A stretch of DNA of 63,386 bases, the filler included, from Klebsormidium nitens (Eukaryota > Plantae > Klebsormidiophyceae): the NCBI GenBank assembly GCA_000708835.1. It is 4 parts of 4 records of this genome, joined end to end, with 100 filler letters (N's around TTAATTAATTAA, not from the genome) between each part and the next. Parts side by side here need not be neighbours in the genome. Positions count along the whole stretch, not along the records: positions 23,639 to 54,209 come from DF237312.1; 3 more parts are not named here. One strand, written 5' to 3'. Shown in pieces: positions 36,726-48,790 of the stretch; the first letter of the stretch is position 1, and every line of letters begins with the position of its first letter. The notes beneath the pieces were generated by a model. That model did not search any database, was not told where the DNA came from, and saw nothing but the letters and a program-made list of their open reading frames with translations. The position numbers were made by a program, and so were the translations under genes.

Positions 36726-39700
36726 CGGCCTGATTACCGCTACAAAAGCAACCAGTCTAAACCAAAAGAGAGGCCGCAACGTATTCACCAACTGTCCTGA
36801 TATAGCCCCGACCTGCATCTCAATTGGCACGAAGCTCCGCAGTGTGAGTCCGCTGTAGAATGGGCGAAACAGGAACGGAGAGCGACCTGATAAGATGACA
36901 AACAAAAGGAAACCGTGAGCGCTTGAGCTGACTGCATATATTTGTTTCTGGACTAGGTGAACCGAGACAAGAGCAAGTGCGAGTGAAAGCGGGGAGAGTA
37001 AGCAAGAAGAGACTCAGTCTCTGATGCGGAACTCCCTGTTTCACCCGTCTCTTGGAAGCGAACTCCCGTTTTTGTGGATGTCTTTGTCACTAGAGGTTTA
37101 CGGAGTGCCGGATCATGTTGCGACCAAACGTATCGGCAGTTCTGGGCTCAACTCAAAGTGCGATTGCAGCAAAGTCAATAGCCGTTGATGGAGAATACTT
37201 CCAAGGAGGGAGCTTTGCAAATTGATGAGCAAAGCACGTAAGGAGCGCCGCCCACCTTCAGCTTCGCCACACATTCGCGGTCTGCTGGAGCAACGTGGCA
37301 TTACTTGCCGGGCCACTTGCGAGTCTTACGCTGTGCACAGCGACCTTTGCGGCCTATAGGCTCGCCTGTCTTCAGCGGCTCCTGTCATGCTGCTTCCACG
37401 CGTTGTGTAAGGTCGCTGCGAGATGGCCGGGACGTCAAAAGGGGTTCGGACGACAGCTTCGAGGGGGTGGAAGCTGCTAGTGTTTCAACGTCCGAGTTCC
37501 TGTTGGTTATCAAAAGAGTACGTGCCGGCATCAGAATGTGGGAGACTAGCTTGGCCGGGTTCAATACTTTGGCGACCTCACAGCTTCTCAATGACATGGG
37601 GTTGTAACCCAAATCGGACGCTTCAAAAGAGTCAAAAGGACAAAGTCGACTTGCAAGGATCTTTCAACTTGTCACCATTATAAGTGCGTTCTCGCTCTAC
37701 TATTCTAGTAAGCAATTTCACAATGCTCGAAGCCCAGCTAAGCCAGAAAAGAGGCTCTTGCATCCGGATCGAGCTATCCTGGTACGAAGCAGCAACACTC
37801 TAAGTCGAGAAACAATTTGAATTGGAAATGAGAGGGCAGGAAGCACACCGAAGATACAAGGAGTGACGTCACTAGCAACCTCCGGGATGATTTACCAATA
37901 CGACCGGCCCTTGTGCTTTTGACTGCCGGTTTACACCTCTCGAAATCAATTTTCATTTCCTTGATCGTTTTCAAATCAAACTCAGACCGTCTTGTCGAAA
38001 TTGTTCAGAACCGTACCGGTATTGCCCCCAGAATCGTACTCGGTATGTCCTAGCAGCTGCCACGTCAGCTCTCCGTTTGTACCACGCCCGCCTTGTGATC
38101 TCGTTCTGCTGCGGGGGATGGAGGGGGATGGTCGATCCGGTATTACCAGTCGGCTCGGACGCGCAGCGTGCTTTTGCGTACGCCACCGGGACCTGGGCCA
38201 CGGCCGCGCGCCTCTATTAGCCCGTCGACTGAGGTTGATCGCTCGCTCAGGCGCCGTACCAATCCTGCAGGAATAAATGAGCATTGGATTTGGTCCAGAG
38301 CGGATGACGTCGGAATCTGGGCCGAGGTGAACACGAATGAAGGACTTTGACAATAATTCCTCGTTTCGGGGACGCTCCGGATCTGTCTCAGGAGAACCTT
38401 GACTCGAGGACGCCTCAACTTCGAAGGGTGTCTTTAAGAGTTTCGGATCACCATGAAGGACCGCGCGCAACTTGAAGTCACCACAAAATGGGCTTTCAAG
38501 CAGGGTAAAGCAAAAGCACTGCCGTTCCTTCTGACCTGGAACGGCGAAGCACGCCGATGCAGATTTCGTTGGAGCTCAACTTCAGCTTGCTGACGGCGAG
38601 CTCAAAACAAGCGGCACAGCCGTGGCTTGCGGCAGCCAATGAGGACGCGGACCTTGTCGAGGTGCGAGACTCCGAGCTCTGTGCGGACGTCGGGGCGCGC
38701 GCGCGGGTTTGGCTTTGTCGACGTCCGTTTTGCTGCAGACGGCCAGGCCGGAGGAAAGCGTTAGAGCTAGCCGGACAGATCAGAACCTTATCTTTCAGAC
38801 AAGGAATTAGTGGGAAAGCCAGGGTTTGGCAGGCCTTAGAGGGTAGACTTGCTGTGAACGAGTCGCGGATGTTTTACATCTTTGCACGGAGTAGGTTTCC
38901 AATCTGTCAAAACACACAAAGGCGGCCGGAAATCCACTCGCAACGGCTGTCTAACTGAAAAGGTGCCGGCGAGTCTTTCTCAGAGTGTAAGTTTTCCGCA
39001 GGTCAGTGCTTCCGTTCGCCAGATTTGAAGCTGGTCGCCCAGCAGATTATGGATGTATGGAAGCCGTTGATTGATGGGAAGCAGGTTGGACGGTTTTCAA
39101 TAAGAAATAGAACCTAATAAGCGTGCTTCTCCGATCATTTTGAAGGCCGCTCTATGAGTACTTGGTTCCAACTTGTAACTTCTGTCAAGGTTCCGCGATT
39201 AGCAACGTCATCTTGCTAATGACAGGAGGGTCACGATGACGTCAGCGTTGGAAAGGAGGTTCACGCTCTTAGCACTGGTTGAGCCAATCTGAGCAATGGG
39301 TCCTATGTTTAGGATCCGCTATGGAAAATTGCGATGAATGTGATGGGGTTGTATTGAGCTCGACCCGTACCTTAATAGCTTCGGACGAATTGGTGTGATC
39401 GAAATCACGGGATGGCACCCGACCAAGAACTCAGTTCGTGCCGAAAGCGCTGGCCCCTAGAATCAAGACTCCCTTGTTTGAACCAAGGTGAAGGATCACA
39501 ATCCAACGTCACAGGGCATAGAGCAGAAGACAAAAGCCACATGACACTGTCAAAAGAGGCTCTGATACTCGGCTTCGGCGTTTTACTACGTCAGATCACT
39601 ACGGGGTTACTACGTCATCTTCCACGCTCTCGATCGGCCGGTGCTCCTTCCAAGGTGTCCTCTGCGGGCCGGATGGCGGGCCGGCGTTGTGGTCAGCGGG

Positions 39701-39968
39701 CAGTCTGCACTCGAAGGAGACTTTCCTTCTGCTCTGTTCTCCTGTTCGTTGCTTTTGGTCTGCCCAATCCCGAACCATTGCTGAAACCGGCCTCGCGCCC
39801 GTCCTCCCCGGGCCTTGAGGTAGAGGCGCTGCGCCTCTTGCTCCAATATTTGATCGATTGATTGCGATTGATTGGGCCAACATGTCAGATTCACGGGCTC
39901 GGCATATCGCCGCTTCAAAGTGCTAGCTCATTAGCTTCGACCAACTTCTTGTACCAGTGCTAGCTCAA

Positions 39969-40424
39969 GCCCCGGGTAGGCAACTATGGTCTTAAACCCT
40001 GCCAATGTTTTTGAAGTGAAACAATGTTTTTCCTTGTGATTCCTGGATAATCCAATATATTCGTCTATGTTTTCAAGAAGAGCTCGTTGCGAGCTTTCCA
40101 AAAACATCCTTGATTTTTAAATCTGCCCCCCCAAGGTTTTTCTAAACATCGACAAACATGTTTAAAACTTCAAAACATGTTTGTACATATCATCGGGCGA
40201 AGCCACGATTTTCTGAGGCCAATAAACATTATAAACAAACATGTTACATTGTTTAAAACACGGTTAAAACATGTTTAAACACGAAAAACATGTTTAAAGT
40301 TTAAACCATGTTTTTTGTGTTTATCCATGTTTAAACCGTGTTTATAACCATGTAGGGACCCACACTTTTCTGGGGGTCCTGCCGATCACGTGTACGTTTA
40401 AAACATGAGTTGCTTACCCGGGGC
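39969..40424. mobile_element. 456-bp MITE with 17-bp TIRs and 4-bp TCAA target-site duplication
   Basis: Left TIR GCCCCGGGTAGGCAACT; right TIR reverse complement GCCCCGGGTAAGCAACT (1 mismatch). TCAA flanks both ends (39965-39968, 40425-40428). AT-rich interior with many AAACATG/CATGTTT motifs. Confidence 0.85.
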
Positions 40425-41425
40425 TCAAGCTTGCTTGATTAGCATGACACTGACAGGCGCTTCCCAGTCCGCCTGATCCATCAAGAGAGAACCCGAGTAC
40501 CCTCGACGGGTTAGAGTCTTCCAGCATTCCGGCACTGCCATTTCTTTGGGACCAGAGGCAGTACTGGCAGCTCTCTTCCGCAGACGCCCCTTGATTGGTT
40601 CACCTCAAGCAGACGTCCATCCGCAGGCTTCTTGACCCCTTCTTGACCCGTCGGATAAATGGGTCGGAACCGGAAGCTGAGCCTTGCCAGGCTCGCGCTG
40701 CGCTCAAGTAAGCGGGCGCGGCCGCGCGCTCAATCGTACGTTGCGCCCGGCCGGCCAGGCCCGGCGGCGGGCCCCCGGGCCCGGCNNNNNNNNNNNNNNN
40801 NNNNNNNNNNNNNNNNNNNNNNNNNNNNNNNNNNNNNNNNNNNNNNNNNNNNNNNNNNNNNNNNNNNNNNNNNNNNNNNNNNNNNNNNNNNNNNNNNNNN
40901 NNNNNNNNNNNNNNNNNNNNNNNNNNNNNNNNNNNNNNNNNNNNNNNNNNNNNNNNNNNNNNNNNNNNNNNNNNNNNNNNNNNNNNNNNNNNNNNNNNNN
41001 NNNNNNNNNNNNNNNNNNNNNNNNNNNNNNNNNNNNNNNNNNNNNNNNNNNNNNNNNNNNNNNNNNNNNNNNNNNNNNNNNNNNNNNNNNNNNNNNNNNN
41101 NNNNNNNNNNNNNNNNNNNNNNNNNNNNNNNNNNNNNNNNNNNNNNNNNNNNNNNNNNNNNNNNNNNNNNNNNNNNNNNNNNNNNNNNNNNNNNNNNNNN
41201 NNNNNNNNNNNNNNNNNNNNNNNNNNNNNNNNNNNNNNNNNNNNNNNNNNNNNNNNNNNNNNNNNNNNNNNNNNNNNNNNNNNNNNNNNNNNNNNNNNNN
41301 NNNNNNNNNNNNNNNNNNNNNNNNNNNNNNNNNNNNNNNNNNNNNNNNNNNNNNNNNNNNNNNNNNNNNNNNNNNNNNNNNNNNNNNNNNNNNNNNNNNN
41401 NNNNNNNNNNNNNNNNNNNNNNNNN

Positions 41426-41640
41426 CATTCCGAATGCCCTATGTTCCCAGTCAGTTGGAGATTTTAAGGCTTATTTTTGCCGTTTTGGGGCTTCCGAGGA
41501 CCATCTTAGAATTATTTAACCTTTCCGAATTCCCAAGTTTCCGAATGAGAAATCCGAATTTCTGACTTTCCGAATGCAAATAGTTATTTATTTATTCGGA
41601 TTCATTACCTTGGACTACGGGGTACGGTATACTAAGTCAA
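41426..41640. repeat. Subterminal-type array of TCCGAAT motifs next to a gap (probable transposon end)
   Basis: TCCGAAT occurs five times in 41428-41575, plus an inverted ATTCGGA at 41594-41600. Confidence 0.5.
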
Positions 41641-43497
41641 GAGTCGAGACCTGGTCAGTGACTAACTCTAACCATAGGGTTACATCATTACATGCCATAT
41701 CGAGAGCGAGTAGCGGCGTCAGAGCCAAGGATTCAGGTCGCAGCAAGAAACGCTCCTCTGCTCAACCCTGCGGGTTTCACGGATGCCGTTTGGGTTGGCG
41801 GGAACTCGCACAATGCCAATGGCTTCGGCTGAGGCTTCAAAGTTCAGAGCAAATCATCTCGCCAGGAGTTCAAAGCTTCCCACATACAAGATCCACTTCT
41901 TTTGCAGAGCTGACCAAACGTGGAGGAAAGGGGGAAGAAGGAGCAATGCGCAGGCAAGCGCGATTGTATGTCCTGCTCATCTATAGTGGTCGCTCGTTCT
42001 GGAGGGCAGAAGCCAAGATTGACTCAAGGGTGCCAAAGGATGGTAGGGAATCATGCAGCATTGCAAAGCCTGCTTTCCATGAGAGAGAGTACTAAGTATC
42101 CAGCTGTAGATCCAAAAGGCGCTGATCCACCATGCCTTCATGCAAATGCATGCTGGTCTAGAATCAAAGTGATTGCTTAGAACGGAAGGTAGAAGACAGG
42201 GGGCTGCAAAGTCAATCTGGTCTGCATGGTGCAGGTGAACGCACAACAGCTTACGGAACCTTGTGCCTTTTCAGAAGAGCTTGCAAAGAGACATACGTAT
42301 CTTCTGTGTTCCTTGACGCTAAGCAGCTTGTTAAATTCACACGAATGAGAATATTTATCCAACTTGTATAATGCAATTAGAACTTGAACCAAATGCGACT
42401 TTGATGTAGATAATCACCACCACTTTACCATATAATTCACTATCTTCTACAAGGGTTGTATTCTGATGTGTACAAGCCTGCAGGGAAAAAACCATCGCGT
42501 CTCATAGGAAATTGTTCAGGCATTCTTAGTGCATCAATGCAGATTTTCCTTTGCATCACAAGTCCATCAGACTAGAGAAAGTCACAATGGAATTTGCAAC
42601 CTGGGCCTGGCACGGGGGCTCTGTCAGGAGAATATGTTTGATGCATCAAGTTGGCAAAGCCAGAAGTCACAACCGGGAACAATTGGTGTTTCATGAACCT
42701 GTCGTTGCTCTGTAGTCATGCTTTTGAAGTCCGGCCCTTACACTGTACTTGAAGTGGTTCCTGCTGATCTCCTACAGTGCTGCTACCCTCGACGAGGGGG
42801 ATTTGGAGGGGCGCAATGCAGCGTATACGGTCTTTTGAGAAAGACGCACACGATGCTGGGGAGCGAGCGGGATCCAGGCGGCATAGTCCCTGCCCATGTA
42901 AGCTGCTGACATCACTGTGCCTTCATCAATATTGAGATACTTTCGAGAAAGCCTTTCGATGGATCAGCATTCAGATGGTGAGATTGGCAGGAGAACATGG
43001 ATTCCTGATAAGCCATTGAGGACCCAAATCAACCATCGTCCAGATTGACTGTCCAGAAAAGGTCGTCCCCTTGACGTCAGATTTTCATGTCCTGAACTTA
43101 CAGCCAACTGGTTTTGCAAGGTTGGCTGAGCGTTCATCCATTCTGGCCAAATGGGGTCAGGATCCCTTTTGCTAAGTGAATGACTGTCTGACTTGTCCGC
43201 GGGAAGCTGATGCTCACGTCATTTGTAACCAGGCCATGCTAGGACACTGTATGGCACATCGACCCTGACCACTCGGAAAGGGCCCAATATCGCCAATCAC
43301 GGCCCCACTATTATCACCCTGCGTGCTAGACTTGTCCCTCAGCTGCTTGTAGCAGATTCAAGCACAGCTGCATTCTGAACAACCTGTGCCCTTCTTAGTG
43401 CATCATTCCCATAGTATTTCGCAGGCGCTGCCCCTCTTCTTGACCATTAAAGCTAAATGCATTTCGGAGACACCTGCTTCTCGGGTGCCGTTTACAG

Positions 43498-43626
43498 GAT
43501 CTATTTGAGCTGTTCGAGCAGCGGACGTTGGCAAGCCAGGAGCCGTCTCACGTGGTTGTACCCAACGAGACTGCCAAAGATCTGCTGGCGCCGGGGCGGC
43601 CGCTTGTGCTGCGGGACTGCGAGCAG
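43498..43626 (+). pseudogene. Orphan exon-like segment (43 codons, phase 0-0), unknown parent gene
   Basis: TTTACAG acceptor and CAG|GTGGGG donor flank an open frame DLFELFEQRTLASQEPSHVVVPNETAKDLLAPGRPLVLRDCEQ. Confidence 0.35.
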
Positions 43627-44103
43627 GTGGGGTGAAAACAAATGACCTGAAAAAACTCGCTACTCTCACTCCATTTTTGCGATGACGCCCCCTGCGCTGT
43701 GCGCCATGGTTCTCCCTTTTCAGGCCCGTTGGAGGGCCACATCCTTTAAACTAGTGGGATGGAACTGAACAAACCTCAATCGCGGTTAAAACAGGGCGTT
43801 TGTCAGCGGCAGTCCAACCTGAACCAAACACAAACTCCCTTCATTACATCGTCACCAGCCTTTCCCCATTGAAGGCTCTTTCCATGTGATGGTTCAAGCG
43901 GCCTAGCTCCATGAGCAGAGTTCGATTTTTCAAACCCAGCAAAACTTAAACATACGATGTAAGGTGCAGGTATAGCTGGGGTGCCAGACGCAACAGCGAC
44001 AGGGCCAATCTCTGCAAGCGGCTGCTCAACCGGGGAGTATGCTAGAGAGCGCATGAAAATGCAATATAGCGCGTTCAAACAAACCCTCGCTTTGTGTCTG
44101 CAG

Positions 44104-47041
44104 GCAGGGAGACGTCCATCCGGTGTTTACGGGCGTGCGGCGAGGTGACGCACGCGGGAGTGCACAGCGCCAACCGACTCGCCAGGTGACTCGCTTTCTG
44201 GAGGTTAGCCGCGTGGCCCGGGGGGCGACTTGCTCGCCTTCATTACCAGATTTCAACCAATTTTGAAGTTTGATTCAGATTATCAAGATTCTAAAAAGAG
44301 GGCTGAGCGTTTTTGTTTTCAAGCTGCTGATCAACGAGCCCAAGTCGCTCTTCGAAAGGTTGAGTCCTGGTTGAGATAGATCACTTTCTGCACCGCCCAC
44401 GTTGGCGTTTCTGCTCCAAACGCTAGTCGATCCCGTTTACACACCAATACTCTCTTAATCGTCAAAGGCAACTCGGCAGATGCTGACGTCATGTATCCTC
44501 TTGTGGTCGCAGGCGCTAGTGTTCGCGGAGTACGCGGTCCCCGTCGATCGGCCACGAGAAGCAGGCACGTGGTTTGGAGCCACGTGACTCCGACACGCCC
44601 GTCGATTCAAAACTATGGCCGGACAATGGGAGCGCCCGCATACGCGCAGCCCAAGGCGGACGTCCGAAATGGACGTGGTGCTGGAGGACACGCGGCGACA
44701 ACGCAAGCAGCCGCAGGAAATGATGTTCGATTACGTGAGCAATGCGGAATACGCTTCTTTCAGCCCTCGCTCTCGGTGCTAGGTCCTTGCTTTGCTCTTC
44801 TCTTCCCAGCGGCCCTCGCCCAATTTCGAACAGTGCTCTTTCCCCGCTGTTTTACGGGGGCCTTTGCCTTTCGTCCCTTGCGAGGAACGGAGCGGGGATG
44901 CATGTGTCTACTTTTTGGGCAAGCCTAAAGTGGCTAGTCAAGCACCTTCAACGTCGAGACAAAAGGCCCCCGATTTTTTGCATAGTCTCAAACGCAAGCG
45001 TGTTGATTAAGTCATTGGTCTTATTATTCCAGGTCGGCATCGTGCGCTCGACAGACCGGCTGTTCAAGGCCCTCAAACGAGCTGCGAAATGTGAGAACGG
45101 CGTGGGAGTCGCTCCTAGAAGAGCGGGGCTGGACTGCGGGCACTGTGGTGAGAAATTTGCAAACCGACTCTAAGCGCACAGCGTTTTGCCAAGCCAGTTC
45201 GGGAGCCTTGGACTGAATGATACGGTTGGAGCCAAGTTGCCACCTTATTGTGGTTATGTGGAATCGACATGGTGCGCTCCCTTTCGACGGAACCAGCCCA
45301 TGTCGGCAGTCATTGAATGGAGTTCGACGCGCGCCATCGGTATCTCGCTTCCTCGGAGATCTTGTTGAGCGCAGTCTGTGGATTCTGCATGGTTGCTACT
45401 CGATCATATTGGCCTAACAAGATCTTACTTTTGCCGTGCTCGCTCGACATGTGCTGGACGTGCGTTAAACTTCAAGAAGCCTCAACAGATGGGCCCCTTG
45501 AATCACGTGGCTAGCGTAGCTCATCTTAACCACCGGTTATTTGCAGAGCGTGGAGGTGGGCAATATGCGCAACCTGCGACGTCGCCAAGCCAACTGTGCA
45601 GAGCGCTCTGGTCAGGCGGGAGAGGCGTGGCCTGCACGTCACTACAGACCACCCCGAATACGTGAGTGCCACGTGTCCTTTCGCGGTCGACTGTGCAGAT
45701 TTTGGGTCATTCTGCGCGTTTCCGCCGCCTTCGTGCTTCTTTCTCTCGTACAAGTGGCACGTGGCGCTTAGTGGGGCTCCCTTAGTTTGAACAATTTGTC
45801 TTGCATCTGACGTTTGAGCGGTGAACAATATTTGGATAATCTGCCTCGTTCCATTCTGATGCATCTCACTGCCTCGAAGCTGAGTGAAGCTATCGCGGGC
45901 AGTATTCGAGGATGTTCTTCCGGCTGAGGGCTATGCTGGGCACGGTAATGCTCGCCGGTTTTCGAAACCGGCAGCGCACTTGACCGAAATTTGCAGAGGC
46001 TGTGACGCCCGTTTTGGAGAGTACCAGCTGCTAAATAGCTGCGGGCTTACGCCCTTGTCAACTCGCATCAGGACTCCGCTGACCAACTCGGCTTGTTAGC
46101 TTTACAGGCTGGCGAAAGGTTCATGCCGAAAACCGTTCCGAGGGAAGAGCTAGCGCCACGGGACGTCGGGCCCGAAGGTGAGAGAACGGTACACACACCA
46201 ATCTTGAGAGGGTTTGAAGAGGGGGTTGAAGAGAACCAAGATTGGCTCTCGAGGATGTTGCTTCGCTGATAGTCCGTTGTTGACTATGATGATTCTGTGG
46301 ATATCAAAATACCAATCAAAGCTGAGACAGTGTTGTCGGTGAAAGGCATGGTTCGCGTTGTCCCAGTGTTGGCCGCCGTGCTCACATCCCGTTGCTCTGC
46401 CTGCAGCAATAATTACCAGCTGAAGCAGCGCGGCGAGAAGTACGTCCTTTTGGCCTTCAGTCACAAGCCGTGCGGTGAGGTCAGCCGACAGCGCCCTGCT
46501 CGATAGTGATGTCAGCTGGTCGTCTGCCTTCAATTTTCCTGCTTCTCTACTACAAGAAGAGCCTGCCTCTGTCAAAGTAAAAGTTCCGGTTGCGTTGCTG
46601 ATCTTTTTCTGGCTAGTATCCCAGTTCATGCGCTTCTCTTCTTGAGTACTGCCATTGTTTTTCTTTTTTTGTTACTGCCACGATCAAAGGCTGCAAGTGC
46701 CACATTCAAAAGCTGTCTCTATCAGTGGATATGTCCCACTTTACTTGGGAAGTCGGTCATGCTGTCACGCTCTGTTTATCAAGAAGAGATCGTGATGTGC
46801 TGGTTTTCTGTCCCGTCTTCTCCAATCAAAGGTTTGCAAACCGCTTCCGTTTCGGGTACGATTCAAGCCCGTTCGCCGCAAATTGGGCCACGAAGTGGGA
46901 ACTATCTTTCTCTTTAATCATTCAGATCTCTTGGCGCAGTTTCCCAACATCGCTAAGGAGTGCCTCAAGTACGGCATCGACATCACCCGGGACGGCATCC
47001 CGGTCGTGCCCGCTGCGCAATACATGTGCGGCGGAATTCAG
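44104..47041 (+). pseudogene. nadB: L-aspartate oxidase pseudogene fragments, exon order permuted
   Basis: Exon remnants: 44104-44185 (ETSIRCLRACGEVTHAGVHSANRLAS), 44513-44734 (ALVFAEYAVP...QEMMFDY), 45033-45147 (VGIVRSTDRL...WESLLEERGW), 45547-45661 (SALVRRERRGLHVTTDHP), ~46380-46479 (QLKQRGEKYVLLAFSHKP), 46926-47041 (LAQFPNIAKECLKYGIDITRDGIPVVPAAQYMCGG). Frameshifts present; the conserved PAAH His is changed to Gln. Confidence 0.88.
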
Positions 47042-47639
47042 GTGCGTGCCACCCACAAACCCTTTTCCCGCTCATGGCTCTCCAATTCGCGGGCGGAAAC
47101 AAGATCCGCTAACGGAAGCAGAGACAAGATCAGCTGGGTTTCTGGGCTTACCTAACCGACAGGTGGCTTTTACATCCCCGGGCGGAAAAATAGCATCCCT
47201 TGTTCTCGTTTTCGTGGTCGTTGGCAGTGGCTTTCAACGATCTGGGCGTCAGGACAGTGATCACGTGAAAAAATCGTTTTATTCGCAGTGATTTCAAAGG
47301 TCTCCTGATTTTGCGTTTAACGTCATTGCACAGCCCCAGCTTGTGAGGCGGCTCCACTCCGTCTAAAGGTGGTGAAAGCCGACGGTCATCTCAGCTATGG
47401 GGGAGAAATGTGCGCCGAGTCAAGGAAATTCAGATCACTAGACGTCAACGTGAAGTCGCGTCTGGACTTCGAAGTGTCTATAAAGAGTGAGACGATGGAT
47501 CGACAGAAGTATGGCACAGTTTTTTCACTAAGAGCCTGAGACGTATCCTCGTACTGGTTTTGAAATGTGCAGATTCATGTGCTTTGCGACATCTTTGGTC
47601 AGATTCATACAATATCGCTTCCCGCAGCTAGCAACTCCT

Positions 47640-48790
47640 TCCTTCACTCGAAGCCCGTCGTCGTCAAATGCACCACGCACAAAGTCGCGACCTGCCGCTG
47701 CGTAACAGCCGCACCCAGCAATCCTCACCCCTGCACCCGGATTCTGACACCTGTCCCTTCTTCGATGTTGTCAGAACCACAGCAGCCAACTCGGCGACCG
47801 GCGGCCGCGCGCGGCGCTGCGGCAAAGCTGTCGCTGACGGGACCTGACGGGACCTGACGGGACCCGAGCGCGCGCTGACGGCATACGCGTGCACGGTCCC
47901 GCATCCTCAAGGGTGCGAACGTCAACAAAAGCCTGTTCGCGCTCCGCAGCTGCAACAGTGCGCTGGTCGACAAGAAGGGCCGCATGCCTTACAGCACCTG
48001 CAAGCTCATCGTCAGCTGCTCAAGGTGAGGCCGGAACGGTTTGGCGGAACATTCTGGGCGGAAGGTTCCCGTCAGATCAAAACCTTCATCCTTTTTTATC
48101 CTTTGGGCTGAAGTTCGATGGCTTGCTTGGCCGGTGCTAGTTATCTGGACTGTTTGGGATTCAAAGTCCGCTATGTTTCAGTGCCAAGCCTTCATAGTCA
48201 TTAAAACGCCCCTGCCCGGGCCCTGTCCTCAATGGGAGGTGTGAGATCTCCTATTCTATAGTTTGGACAGCGTGCATCAACGAACAGTTTTGGGATTGTC
48301 CCTTGCGCTATTATCTCAGCCGGTTGAGCATTCACTTCTCCCGGTCCGTTGGATCTGCGGCTTCTGCCAAACCTTGATTCTTCAAGACCCAGGAATTGTT
48401 CAATGCGTTTCAAAACCAAGAATATTGCCGACAGGTCCAGTCCAATTTCTGATCGTTTTTGACACTGCTGCTGGTGTCCATCAAGAACATTTAGAGGGCA
48501 GACCATGACAGTGCCTCCGTAATTGCATTCTTCAGTCGATCTGGAGATTTTTGATTTTATATAATCTTGGTGGACAGTGCCCATAGAGAATCTGTGTTTA
48601 CAGTGACGAATGGCGTTCCATGTAACAATTAGGGTTATTGGTATAAAAAGAGGCGGTCTTTCCAGGACTGGTTGGCCGGCGGCGCGTCAGACCGCCATGA
48701 TGGCGAACATCAGCCCCACGCACCAGCAGCCGAGCGGAGACCCAGGAAACGCTCCGTTGGACGGACCGCGCCAAGGAGACGCGGACCAAG
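47640..48790 (+). pseudogene. Kinesin motor-domain fragment (kinesin-8-like), frameshifted, with one retained intron
   Basis: KLSL..DLTGPERAL..KGANVNKSLFALRSCNSAL..MPYSTCKL..QLLK (donor at 48025), then exon 48666-48790 DWLAGG..TAMMANISPT..ETQETLRWTDRAKETRTK. Correspond to DLAGSER, EGANINxSL, PYRxSKLTxLLKDSL and TxMIANISP...ETxNTLxWADRAK. Confidence 0.85.

Noticed and set aside
37113-37316. Minus-strand LGSILHQRLLTLL as a possible LINE reverse-transcriptase remnant
   Set aside because: Short resemblance only; no neighbouring RT motifs found.
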